DNA of 64,000 nt from Nitrosopumilus sp. (GTDB lineage Archaea > Thermoproteota > Nitrososphaeria > Nitrososphaerales > Nitrosopumilaceae), in contig OZ241981.1 of the NCBI GenBank assembly GCA_965204345.1, forward strand, positions 96,001-160,000. Direction: 5' to 3'. Positions within the stretch are counted from its first letter, which is position 1. Each line of letters starts with the position of its first letter. The position numbers and the translations under genes were made by a program. This document shows, piece by piece, positions 40,579-50,099 of this stretch. A model generated the notes under the pieces. It did not search any database and was not told the DNA's origin. It worked only from the letters and a program-made list of their open reading frames with translations.

Positions 40579-43500
40579 GTGATGGCGAATTTGCTTGTCC
40601 TTCTCCTAACAATCTTTGCAGTTATGGGAATCGGCCACGCATATGCACAGACATCTGAACTGTTTGTACCCTTGCCAGACAGTGAGCTAGAATCACTTGA
40701 TGCTTTTGAAGGGTATAACTTTGAATCAAAGATGGTAACAATAGATACGCAAATTTTCTCATCAGAACGTATAAGCATTACAATATTTGGCCAATCAACA
40801 ACCTTCACAAAAGACTCGGTAGAGCATTATGATGATGGCAACTACCTGTGGATAGGTTCCAATGATGATCAAGAGACTGCAATGTTTGAAATAAGCGGTA
40901 CAAAGGCAGTGGGAGTAATAGACACATTAAACAAAACGTTTCAGGTGTTTCCCGTAGAGGACACAACACATGAAGTGTATCTCATTGATCATTCCCAGTT
41001 TCCACCAGACACTGTTGTACCACCTGGTGCAAGTGGTGAACAATCCTTTGACAGAGATGAGATAGACCATTTAGTGGAATCATACATTGGAGGATTCAAG
41101 TACGATAGATTTACCGAAGAACTGGTCATAGACGTATTCATAGCCATAACTACTGATGCACTTACCGAATATGGTGATTTCGAACGGTTCATCTCAAACT
41201 TGGTAATACGTAACACAGATAGTACGTATGGATATAACGATATTCCAGTTGAACTCAACCTCGTAGATCGTGATATTGTAGAGGGATATACTGAGACTAA
41301 CAAGTTGAGCAAAGATCTTCGTAAATTCCAAACCTCTGATGAGGGCAACTTGGAAAGAATTCGTGTGTTAATAGAGGAGGAACAGGCAGATATTGCAATA
41401 ATGTTTGTTGCTGGTGATGGCGATAAACGTAAGGAAGGTGATTTGGATAACAAATGTTCTCTAACTGCACAACAGCTTGTTAGAAGTCCAAGTACAGCAT
41501 TTGCAGTGGTGGACATAAAATGTCTTGCTGCACACTCTGCAACCAACGCAATAGGGCGTATGCACGGGGCAGGATATGATATCGACATGGAAAGAAATCC
41601 AATTTTCAGTCATGGTCATGGGTATTATGATGCAGGCATTGCCAGTAGAACAATGATGGCATCAAGTGGTGGCAACTGTAATAATCCAATTACTCAGGCA
41701 GAAGAAACATGTAGGAGAGACAGAGCGTGGTCGGATCCATTCAGAAATTTCTTTGGTACAACCAACAGGGCAGGTGATGATGTCAGCTGGAATGCCAGAG
41801 TAATATTTGCAACAGCACCACACATTGCATCACTGCGAGGACCGGCACAGGCATACGAGGACACAAGACCCACGGGCTTTGTGACACTGCCTCAAAACAT
41901 ACCGCGGAGTGGAAGTCTGGATATTTCTGCAACGTTTAATGAGATTATAAGCCCCAATTTTCCGCTTGATGTCACTATCACAGACGGCTATACGTCAACT
42001 ACCGGAACGATGACCCGTACATCAGATACGACATTTGAATACTCGCATCTGCTTGATGGGGAAGATGGCACATTTTCAATACTGTTTTCAAATGCACGCG
42101 ATATATTTGGAAACCCTGTTGTAAGGACCCCTACCTCAGGAGGCACGGTGACACTTGATGCAAACAACATACCTCAAAGCCCAATATCAGGACCATTCAC
42201 TACCAATTTTAAAGATAATTTTCAAGGAGGGCTATCTCAATGGAAGCTTACAGGATACGGCAGACCAACAACAGCTACTCCTGATGAAGTCATATTCCCG
42301 GCAACAGATACAAATACTGCCAACAAAGTAATGTCATCTAATCAATGTAGCAGAATATGCATGTCCACAATACCTACTTTACTTGATACACGCCAACCAC
42401 TTACAATATCCTTTGATAGATTTGTAGACAAATCCATTAGACAGGACGATGGCCTTTATCTGGAATATTCTGTAGATGATGGAGCAACATGGACTACGCT
42501 TGCCGAATATACTAGCGACAACGACGAGGACACAGACGATTGGGAGCGAGAATACCTCTCTCTGGCAATACCTCAAAGCAGTGCAAAACTGCGTCTGCTA
42601 ATGGACGTATCTGAACGCAGAGGCTTTGTAGAAGTAGACAACTTTAAGGTATACAAGCCTACGCCTGCCGAACCTGACATCATTCTCAAACCCCATCTTG
42701 GCGCAGAGAGAACAAGCATATCATTTAGTTTGATGGAGCGAATTCCATTTAGGCTTGATGCCTCTGACTTTGAGATTAGCCATGGAACAATTATTTCGCT
42801 GTCTCATCGCGCAAACTCTGCTGCAGTAACGATGCGTGTTGCAGACATTCCATATGATACGCAAATTACTGTGACATATACGGGACCGAGCATTCTGATA
42901 AATAGAGCATATCTGAATTCGGGTACCAGCGGAGTGACAAACATAATATCAACGCCTGCTACTATGCCCGAAATAACTGCACCATCAGATAAGACAATAG
43001 AGGCAACTGGCATACTTACGCGTCTTACCGCAGAACAGCTTGGAACGCCAGAGGTAACTGGTAACAGACTCTTGCCTGTAACAAACAATGCGCCAAGGGA
43101 TTTCCCACTGGGTGATACGACAGTAAGATGGACTGTAACTGATGCCTCCCGAAACTTTGCAACAGACACTCAGGTTATAACCATACGGGATACGACTCCG
43201 CCGGTAATACAAAAACCTGCCAATATCCTAGTAGAGGCTGCCTCATCATTTACTGCAATACGGCTGACAAACCCCGCAATATCAGATATCTTTCCTGTTG
43301 CCATAACTAACAACGCACCTGACAGGTTTCCCATTGGCACTACAACAGTTACATGGATTGCCACTGATACGTCAGGCAACTCAGTTAGTATGACCCAAGA
43401 TGTCACAATACGGGATACCATGCCGCCACAGCTTGGCACCATACGTGATATGACATTTGAGGCAACAGGTGTATTGACTCCGCTAAATAGTGCAGACTAT

Positions 43501-45603
43501 GGCATCCCATCTGCAACGGATTTGTCTGATGTTACCATAACAAACAACGCACCTGCATCATTCCCACTAGGCAATACCATAATCACCTGGACTGCAACTG
43601 ATGAATCAGGCAATACATCTACAATAACTAGCACAATAACCATCGAAGATACCACTCCTCCCACAATAGCACAGCCTGCACCAATAACTGTGGATGCCAC
43701 AGCAGTACTTACACCCGTATCAATAAGCGCGCCAGCTGCAACTGACATAGTGGATTCAGACGTTGTTGTTGTAACTACCAGTAATACTGCATCATTTGCC
43801 GTTGGAACACACAACATTGTATGGACTGCAACTGATGATTCAGGAAATACTGCAACTCTCACACAGACGGTGACTGTCCGAGATAGGAATCCTCCGACAT
43901 TTACGCACACGCCGTCTGATATCCTGCTGGTATCCCCTGACATGCAGGGAAGAACAGCCATGTTTGATCTGCCAACAGCCACAGATGCCGAAGATCCCAA
44001 CGTTACTGTGACATGCATACCATCACCATCATCATCACGCATATTCCCAGTCGGCTCTACTACCGTATCGTGCACTGCGCGTGACAGCTCCGGCAATACG
44101 GCAACTATATCCTTTAGTGTAATCATATCAAGAGCTGCTGACAGCCCTCCAAGCATTACGGCTCCTGCATCAAAGATAATCATCACGACAGATCAGAGCG
44201 TGGTTTTGCCACCTCAGGAGCTTGGCACACCCATAGTACAGGACGATATGGATTCTAATCCCGTCATAGCAAACAATGCACCTGCGGCATTCTCTCCTGG
44301 CATCACCAAGGTTGTATGGGTTGCCACTGACAGCTATGGAAACAACGCAACTGCAAACCAGTGGATAGTAATACATGATAACGTATCACCGGGCCTGACA
44401 TTATCTGCTGCAGTTACAATAGATACCACCCAGCAGATAACACCCTTTAACACAGGAGATACCCGGATTGCCCAATACCATGACAACCAGCTACTAGTAA
44501 ATCGCTCATCACCGCCAATCTTTCTTGACAATTACCTGCTTGAGCTAGGAGCCAACATCGTAGAATGGACCACAATAGACCCCAGCGGAAACATTGCACA
44601 GCTAAACCAAAATGTCACAGTCCAAAACAGTACGGCTGTTACTGCAAATCAGATATTCCACGATACCTTTGATGACTCGCTTGACTCTTGGATACAGCGT
44701 CACTATGTTCCACATGAAATTCAAGACGAGCAGTGTGATCCTGCTCCCACTAGCCTGTACGGTGCAAGGTACAGTGAGCAGTATGGCGGCTCGGCCCAGA
44801 TATACCGAGAGCATGACTGCGGGGTGTCTGCATCCATAATGTACAAGACAGTGGACATTGCAGATAAATTTGATAACCATAACTTTAGAATGGTCACAGA
44901 GCACATTCACATCTTAGATGATCCCCAATCACACATACTGTATGTTGCCATTGTCAGCAATACAGGACAGGTACTTGGCACTGCCAAGCTAGTAACCCAT
45001 GATTCAATAGACATAAGGGGCAATCACTGGCAGACCACAATTGTACAGAGTAACGGATTTGATGTGGATCGTTGTCCGTGTGTCATACAGCTGTACAGAT
45101 TTGACAGGGGTGATCAAGTGTTGCCGTTGTACACGCATATTGATAACGTACACCTTGCAATGACTAAACCTGCATCCTCTGGGGCATCTGGTGACAGTGA
45201 AATACCGGCAGACAAGCCAACAAATGTGCTTACAGTTGCAGAGTTGGAAAAGTTCATTGCCGAATCATTATACTATGACAGGATAATCATATCTGCAAAA
45301 TATGTTCAGGATGATGATAGTAACAACAACAGCATCGGCATAGGATGGGACGACATAGATGACAGTTATACGCATGACTATACCGTATCTGCATGGCCAG
45401 TATCCAATCCCGATGATATAACAACACACAGTGTCTTGGCATCTGATAATAATAACAATCTCCAACACATGTTTGCAGGACTAGAACCGGACACCCAATA
45501 CATGGTAACAGTACAGGTAACAGGGGATGATTCCACAAGGACAGGCATTACAATATCAACTAGTCAGGCAAATGCAGAAGATGGAGGTGCCAATACAAGT
45601 TGA
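40579..45603 (+). CDS. large secreted/surface protein: prodomain, catalytically degenerate metzincin (M72/M12B-like) domain, Ig-like and jelly-roll-like domains, ~6 HYR repeats, FN3-like C-terminus
   Basis: IDVFIAIT, ADIAIM, TNAIGRMHGAGYD, RTMMA, WSDP, NARVI..AP.IASLR; HYR signature D(T)TPP.I..P...VEA...FP.G.T.VTW.ATD.SGN; FAGLEPDTQYMVTV. Confidence 0.85.
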   Translation: MMANLLVLLLTIFAVMGIGHAYAQTSELFVPLPDSELESLDAFEGYNFESKMVTIDTQIFSSERISITIFGQSTTFTKDSVEHYDDGNYLWIGSNDDQETAMFEISGTKAVGVIDTLNKTFQVFPVEDTTHEVYLIDHSQFPPDTVVPPGASGEQSFDRDEIDHLVESYIGGFKYDRFTEELVIDVFIAITTDALTEYGDFERFISNLVIRNTDSTYGYNDIPVELNLVDRDIVEGYTETNKLSKDLRKFQTSDEGNLERIRVLIEEEQADIAIMFVAGDGDKRKEGDLDNKCSLTAQQLVRSPSTAFAVVDIKCLAAHSATNAIGRMHGAGYDIDMERNPIFSHGHGYYDAGIASRTMMASSGGNCNNPITQAEETCRRDRAWSDPFRNFFGTTNRAGDDVSWNARVIFATAPHIASLRGPAQAYEDTRPTGFVTLPQNIPRSGSLDISATFNEIISPNFPLDVTITDGYTSTTGTMTRTSDTTFEYSHLLDGEDGTFSILFSNARDIFGNPVVRTPTSGGTVTLDANNIPQSPISGPFTTNFKDNFQGGLSQWKLTGYGRPTTATPDEVIFPATDTNTANKVMSSNQCSRICMSTIPTLLDTRQPLTISFDRFVDKSIRQDDGLYLEYSVDDGATWTTLAEYTSDNDEDTDDWEREYLSLAIPQSSAKLRLLMDVSERRGFVEVDNFKVYKPTPAEPDIILKPHLGAERTSISFSLMERIPFRLDASDFEISHGTIISLSHRANSAAVTMRVADIPYDTQITVTYTGPSILINRAYLNSGTSGVTNIISTPATMPEITAPSDKTIEATGILTRLTAEQLGTPEVTGNRLLPVTNNAPRDFPLGDTTVRWTVTDASRNFATDTQVITIRDTTPPVIQKPANILVEAASSFTAIRLTNPAISDIFPVAITNNAPDRFPIGTTTVTWIATDTSGNSVSMTQDVTIRDTMPPQLGTIRDMTFEATGVLTPLNSADYGIPSATDLSDVTITNNAPASFPLGNTIITWTATDESGNTSTITSTITIEDTTPPTIAQPAPITVDATAVLTPVSISAPAATDIVDSDVVVVTTSNTASFAVGTHNIVWTATDDSGNTATLTQTVTVRDRNPPTFTHTPSDILLVSPDMQGRTAMFDLPTATDAEDPNVTVTCIPSPSSSRIFPVGSTTVSCTARDSSGNTATISFSVIISRAADSPPSITAPASKIIITTDQSVVLPPQELGTPIVQDDMDSNPVIANNAPAAFSPGITKVVWVATDSYGNNATANQWIVIHDNVSPGLTLSAAVTIDTTQQITPFNTGDTRIAQYHDNQLLVNRSSPPIFLDNYLLELGANIVEWTTIDPSGNIAQLNQNVTVQNSTAVTANQIFHDTFDDSLDSWIQRHYVPHEIQDEQCDPAPTSLYGARYSEQYGGSAQIYREHDCGVSASIMYKTVDIADKFDNHNFRMVTEHIHILDDPQSHILYVAIVSNTGQVLGTAKLVTHDSIDIRGNHWQTTIVQSNGFDVDRCPCVIQLYRFDRGDQVLPLYTHIDNVHLAMTKPASSGASGDSEIPADKPTNVLTVAELEKFIAESLYYDRIIISAKYVQDDDSNNNSIGIGWDDIDDSYTHDYTVSAWPVSNPDDITTHSVLASDNNNNLQHMFAGLEPDTQYMVTVQVTGDDSTRTGITISTSQANAEDGGANTS

Positions 45604-47696
45604 ACAGCAAATGGATACGGGTTCTAGCTTTAGTGGCAGTAATGGCCTCTGCAGGCATCCTGTTGCATTCTGCTGAATCCTTTGCTCAAAGCTCAACTGA
45701 CACAAACATGACCACTTCACGCATTACGGCACCGCCCGGACTAGTCCTAACAGCTACATCAAGTAACGGTATATCTCAAAGTAGTGTCAATCTTGGCTCG
45801 CCCACGCTGATTGGCAATCCTACACCAGCACCAGTCATAACTAACAACGCACCTGACATATTTCCAATAGGCGTAACCACCATTGTCTGGACTGCTACTG
45901 ATACTGCCGGAAATACTGCTTCTGCTGCCCAGCGAGTCATAGTCGAGGACAGGGTGGCACCCACCATAACTGCCCCGCCTAGTTATGCCCTTAATGCAGA
46001 TACTGAAACTGTCATACTGCATCAAGACCAGACAGGTTTTGCCATTGCGTCTGATAACATTGATGATACCCCCCTCATAACCAGTAATGTAGACGAGCGC
46101 CGCAGCATTGGAAACTCTACTGTATCATGGACTGTTACTGACACTGCCGGAAACACGGCTACTGCCATCCAGAAGATAGTCATAAAAAATGAAGAGCCCA
46201 TCAAACAAAGTACCACCATACTGCATGACACATTTGATAATAATACTGATCCCTGGAGAAATTGGGGAGCTCCACTATCCATATTCTCCTCACATGACTG
46301 CGTTAGAACAGACACCAACAGGCACAGCCTGGTACACAGCTCAGTTAACAACGGCTCTGCATACTTTGACTTTAACGGTGCATGCGGAGTCGGATATATT
46401 GGCATGCAGAGATATTTCCAGCTTGATGCCCCTGCAGACAATCACGACTTGGAGTTCTCATTTGACTATCTGCACACAGCAGACATTGCCGATTTTAGGG
46501 TGTACCTGATTGGGGATGGAAGTCCGTTTACTCCCTCTTATCCGACATACGTATGGGAGACCACGCAGGAACCCACAGTGGGAACAGAGTTTAACACGTT
46601 TACAGCCAGGGTACCACTGACTGATTTTAGTGAATGCCACTGCCGGTTACTCATATTTGGGTGGGCCCAATCCCCAGACAACTCTACATTCCATATTGAT
46701 AATGTCAAGGTAGTTACGATACCTGTGTCTGGCGGTGGCAGTGGTGCATCAGGTGCCATTGATACGTACACTCATGATTTGAGTACGGTTGAGATTCTTG
46801 ACATGCTGCATGATGGCAATCCAAATACTGTCCTGTTTACATCAAAGCAATATTCTTCATTGGATGGCACCATAACTGTATCATGGGAGGCAGGTGATGC
46901 CACACAGCTGGAACCATACAAAATAGTTATCGCCCCCGTATCTAATCCTGCTGATAAAACAACTGACATCGTAGATGCAGGCACACACAACTATACCTTT
47001 GAGAATCTCAAAGATGACACTGCATACTTTGTATCCGTAGGAGTAAGAGGAGATGACAATACACAAAGTACTATCCTTGTAAATACCGGGGATGAGCTAT
47101 TTGATAGCAATCTTGCGTTAAAGGCATCCCACATTGCAGGCTCTGATACCATAAGCATAGAGTGGTCTGACAGCAACGAAGTTGGTGATGACACATACCG
47201 TATGCAGAGACTGGATGGTGAGAATATAGTAGAGCAGTTTAGTGCTGGAAACGGAACTGTATCTGATACCATACGACCAGAATGGCTGGGTCAGGACATT
47301 TCATATAGAATATTTGAGCGGGTAGGCCAGCACAAGATATACTCTGACATAGTTACAATATCCATGCCATCTGCATTAGAGTCACCTGATAATTTTGGTG
47401 TCAGGGCAATTGAGACTGACCCTTCTCCCACGTCTGATGAGGGCATAATCAGCATACACCTAGGATGGGATCATGTGCCCCTGTTTAGAAATTACTTGGT
47501 AGAGACGTACAGTGCAGCAGACAATTCCTGGAGCAAGATAGAGAAGACCAGGCAAAACTCCATAGTATATGACATGCCTGCAGTCGAGCAGACCATAACC
47601 ATACCATTTAGAATAACGGTTCAGATGGGATCTGCTGCTCCTACAGAACCCGTCGAGATACGACACACCATATGGCTTGACTCACAGGCAAACTAG
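45600..47696 (+). CDS. secreted HYR + jelly-roll-like + FN3 protein, paralogous to the C-terminal part of 40579-45603
   Basis: Signal peptide, two HYR repeats, HDTFD...HIDNV domain, SGASG linker, YTFENLKDDTAYFVSVGVRGDD; TTG start overlaps the upstream TGA. Confidence 0.85.
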   Translation: MNSKWIRVLALVAVMASAGILLHSAESFAQSSTDTNMTTSRITAPPGLVLTATSSNGISQSSVNLGSPTLIGNPTPAPVITNNAPDIFPIGVTTIVWTATDTAGNTASAAQRVIVEDRVAPTITAPPSYALNADTETVILHQDQTGFAIASDNIDDTPLITSNVDERRSIGNSTVSWTVTDTAGNTATAIQKIVIKNEEPIKQSTTILHDTFDNNTDPWRNWGAPLSIFSSHDCVRTDTNRHSLVHSSVNNGSAYFDFNGACGVGYIGMQRYFQLDAPADNHDLEFSFDYLHTADIADFRVYLIGDGSPFTPSYPTYVWETTQEPTVGTEFNTFTARVPLTDFSECHCRLLIFGWAQSPDNSTFHIDNVKVVTIPVSGGGSGASGAIDTYTHDLSTVEILDMLHDGNPNTVLFTSKQYSSLDGTITVSWEAGDATQLEPYKIVIAPVSNPADKTTDIVDAGTHNYTFENLKDDTAYFVSVGVRGDDNTQSTILVNTGDELFDSNLALKASHIAGSDTISIEWSDSNEVGDDTYRMQRLDGENIVEQFSAGNGTVSDTIRPEWLGQDISYRIFERVGQHKIYSDIVTISMPSALESPDNFGVRAIETDPSPTSDEGIISIHLGWDHVPLFRNYLVETYSAADNSWSKIEKTRQNSIVYDMPAVEQTITIPFRITVQMGSAAPTEPVEIRHTIWLDSQAN

Positions 47697-47744
47697 ATTT
47701 TATTTTAATCGTTAGGCTGAATTTATAATAATTACAGCATTGTG

Positions 47745-47910
47745 TTTGGATTTGGCAAATTTTGGTGTTCATACATGAATCCCATATTTGACAGTCTCTG
47801 AATTGCACATCTTTGAGTTTTTTTGATGATTAGGTAATTTTTAAGAAAATCATCTCAGAATTTGCCATTAAATCACAGTGATAAGATAATCAAAATTTAC
47901 CAAATCCAAA
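47745..47910. mobile_element. MITE-like element (family 1) with ~20-bp terminal inverted repeats
   Basis: Left end TTTGGATTTGGCAAATTTTG vs reverse complement of right end TTTGGATTTGGTAAATTTTG (19/20); no ORF; related copies at 6231-6392 and 29831-29880. Confidence 0.68.
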
Positions 47911-48017
47911 GTCCAAAAACAAAAAGACAAATCTATGCCACTAACTAAATTCACAAAATATCAGACTGGAATCAACTAATACCTTCTGAATCTTTAAAAT
48001 GCTAAACTAGGAAAGAA

Positions 48018-48082
48018 TCAAATCGACGGAATTTAGGTACAAAATTACTGATTTTAATAAACAAAGCAAGGTGAGACACACA
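48018..48082. repeat. dispersed intergenic repeat family 2, copy 2
   Basis: 25-bp exact core shared with 5112-5136. Confidence 0.8.
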
Positions 48083-48123
48083 ATTAATTGAATGTATAAA
48101 TAGAATTCAAAAGTGAAAAATTT

Positions 48124-48270
48124 GTGCCAGTAGATCCTGTATGCGGAATTGAATTGGATGAAGATTTAGCCTTACTTTATGATCATAATGGGAAAAAATT
48201 TTATTTTTGCTGTAATGGATGCAGACGCATCTTTATCAAAAAACCGCGTAAATACAAAAACGGCGTCTAG
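48124..48270 (+). CDS. YHS/TRASH domain metal-binding protein (absent from the ORF track)
   Basis: GTG start, MPVDPVCGIELDEDLALLYDHNGKKFYFCCNGCRRIFIKKPRKYKNGV*. Confidence 0.88.
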   Translation: MPVDPVCGIELDEDLALLYDHNGKKFYFCCNGCRRIFIKKPRKYKNGV

Positions 48271-49211
48271 ATGGGAAAAGCCCCGCACATTCTACAAAAT
48301 TTTGATTTGCCTGCACCGTGCTTGCAATATGAACAGATATCCCGGGTCTGTGAATCCACCGGCGTTCCAAAATATTTTTTAAATATTTCATAATAGTGCA
48401 TTGATTCCCTGCTTCTAATCACGACATTATCATTTTTTTCAACTGTCAGCTTTTTTTCTACAAATTTCTCCTCGTCAATTATGGAATTAAACAAACCTGT
48501 CAAACCTGACGTACCTGCGCCTTCTTGCATTGGGGATTTTTCTCTCCATGCTATTTGTTGCGGTATGTATTTTTCAAACGTCTTGCGCAGTATCCATTTT
48601 CCATATGTCCTTGTTTTTTCATCCCTGACTTTCAAACTGACTGGTATCTTCTTTGCCAACTCTACTGTTTTTTGGCTTAAAAATGGCGATTGGACCTTAA
48701 TTCCTAATGCCTTTCCAATCTCCTGTGTCGGGAAATGCATTATTGAGCATATCCTTTCAACCTCTTCTTCTAATTCTTTTTCTGGCTTATTTCTCAGAAA
48801 ATTATACCCTGCAAACAGCTCGTCTGCACCGTCGCCTGTGATGATTGATTTTTCCCCGCTGTCTTTTGCCCATTTAATTGCCAAATACATTACAACACTG
48901 TTTCTTATTTCAATGTCGTTGAAATTTTTCAAAATCTTTACTGTTTTCTCAACTGCTTCAAGAATCAGGGATGTACTGACATTGTAAATCTCTAATGGCA
49001 GCTGCATCTCTTTTGAGATCATTTGGCAATATGTCAGATCAGTCGAAACAAAGTCTTTTGCAATTATGGCAACTGACTTTGGATTTCTCTGCCTTAAAAA
49101 ATATGATATGATTGAACTATCCACACCACCTGACAATGAGATTAAGCTTGCCTCACACTGGCTACACGATTCTTCTAAAACATTGTATAGGCTCTTGGCT
49201 AGGTCTTCCAA
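48267..49211 (-). CDS. asparagine synthase C-terminal-domain protein
   Basis: SLSGGVDSS, TGDGADELFAGY, PFL, GKWILR...IAWREK; likely TTG start at 49211 (ORF open to 49277). Confidence 0.88.
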   Translation of the reverse strand: MEDLAKSLYNVLEESCSQCEASLISLSGGVDSSIISYFLRQRNPKSVAIIAKDFVSTDLTYCQMISKEMQLPLEIYNVSTSLILEAVEKTVKILKNFNDIEIRNSVVMYLAIKWAKDSGEKSIITGDGADELFAGYNFLRNKPEKELEEEVERICSIMHFPTQEIGKALGIKVQSPFLSQKTVELAKKIPVSLKVRDEKTRTYGKWILRKTFEKYIPQQIAWREKSPMQEGAGTSGLTGLFNSIIDEEKFVEKKLTVEKNDNVVIRSRESMHYYEIFKKYFGTPVDSQTRDICSYCKHGAGKSKFCRMCGAFPI

Positions 49212-49320
49212 CGACTCTGATCTAGTTTTGAAATTAAAATATCTATGCCTGATATTTCTCTTAAGTGAGTATGGCATCTTATTGCAAACTTTAAATTCTT
49301 AATGAATTCCTTGAGGAATT

Positions 49321-49737
49321 ATGCTACTGCCTGCCGAAATAGAATCTAAGACGCTGATTCCTGCATTGCGCGCCATTCTTGCTAAAAAGCTGGCCGAAGA
49401 TCATGATATTAGGGAAGATGAAATCTCAAAAATGCTTGGAGTCACCCAAGCTGCAATCAGCAACTACATTCGTGGCACACGCGGTGATCCTTCTTTGATT
49501 GCCAAGCTTTTAGCAGAAAAACAAGTTGCTGATATGATTGATGAGCTATCTGACAATCTTTCCTCTGATATGGCCTATACTCCGTCAAGCCTTTCTAAAT
49601 TTATCGGGCTATGTAACTATATCAAATCTAGTCTGCTAATCTGTGAGATACATCATAATTTAGAGTCTAATATTGATGAAAAAGTCTGTAAAGAATGTGA
49701 AAATATGCTTCTCAAGGGACCTGGAAGCGTCTATTAG
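49321..49737 (+). CDS. archaeal HTH transcriptional regulator with C-terminal Cys/His cluster
   Basis: LIPALRAILAKKL...ISKMLGVTQAAISNY...RG; C...CEIH...CKEC. Confidence 0.85.
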   Translation: MLLPAEIESKTLIPALRAILAKKLAEDHDIREDEISKMLGVTQAAISNYIRGTRGDPSLIAKLLAEKQVADMIDELSDNLSSDMAYTPSSLSKFIGLCNYIKSSLLICEIHHNLESNIDEKVCKECENMLLKGPGSVY

Positions 49738-50048
49738 ATTTTATTTAAGATAATCTCAATAGTTGATGTCATATTCCCAATTCCTGCAGCAGCTACTGTG
49801 TCTAGAGTAATTTTTCCGATTTTGGAATTCCCCTTTAGCATCTCCTCTGTGATTATGTTTGCAACTGCCACGGCATTTGGGATGGAGTTTCCTCTTGATT
49901 TTAGAATAATCTGATCCTTGTTTCCCAATGCGGATAAAACATCTAGTGCTAGTTGCATTACCGGATCATTTCCTATGTTGATTACTGTGTCTTCGGACTT
50001 GACGGCCTGCTCCTGACCTCCTTCTTGCTTTGTTTCTTCCATGAGCAT
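49734..50048 (-). CDS. Alba family DNA/RNA-binding protein
   Basis: IGNDPVM, ILKSRGNSIPNAVAVA, STIEIIL. Confidence 0.85.
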   Translation of the reverse strand: MLMEETKQEGGQEQAVKSEDTVINIGNDPVMQLALDVLSALGNKDQIILKSRGNSIPNAVAVANIITEEMLKGNSKIGKITLDTVAAAGIGNMTSTIEIILNKI

Positions 50049-50099
50049 TGTCCAATAACTAGAAATTTTATGTTCTTTTAAGTTTTATCGACGATTAAT

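Larger units (their letters stand above)
35298..41062 (+). repeat. tandem triplication of a ~1.92-kb unit (gene A + spacer + 5' part of gene B)
   Basis: ATAGCACTTCTAATATAGTATGCC recurs at 35298, 37224 and 39147 (periods 1926 and 1923 bp); the third unit runs into full-length gene B and homology ends at ~41062. Confidence 0.95.

Noticed and set aside
35298-41062. Tandem array as a simple assembly duplication
   Set aside because: The copies differ substantially in defined segments and share a novel junction absent from both parental ends; collapse of strain variants still needs long reads to exclude
42800-44600. Several 65-229-aa minus-strand ORFs
   Set aside because: Antisense to the Thr/Ala/Pro-rich HYR repeats; no independent coding signal
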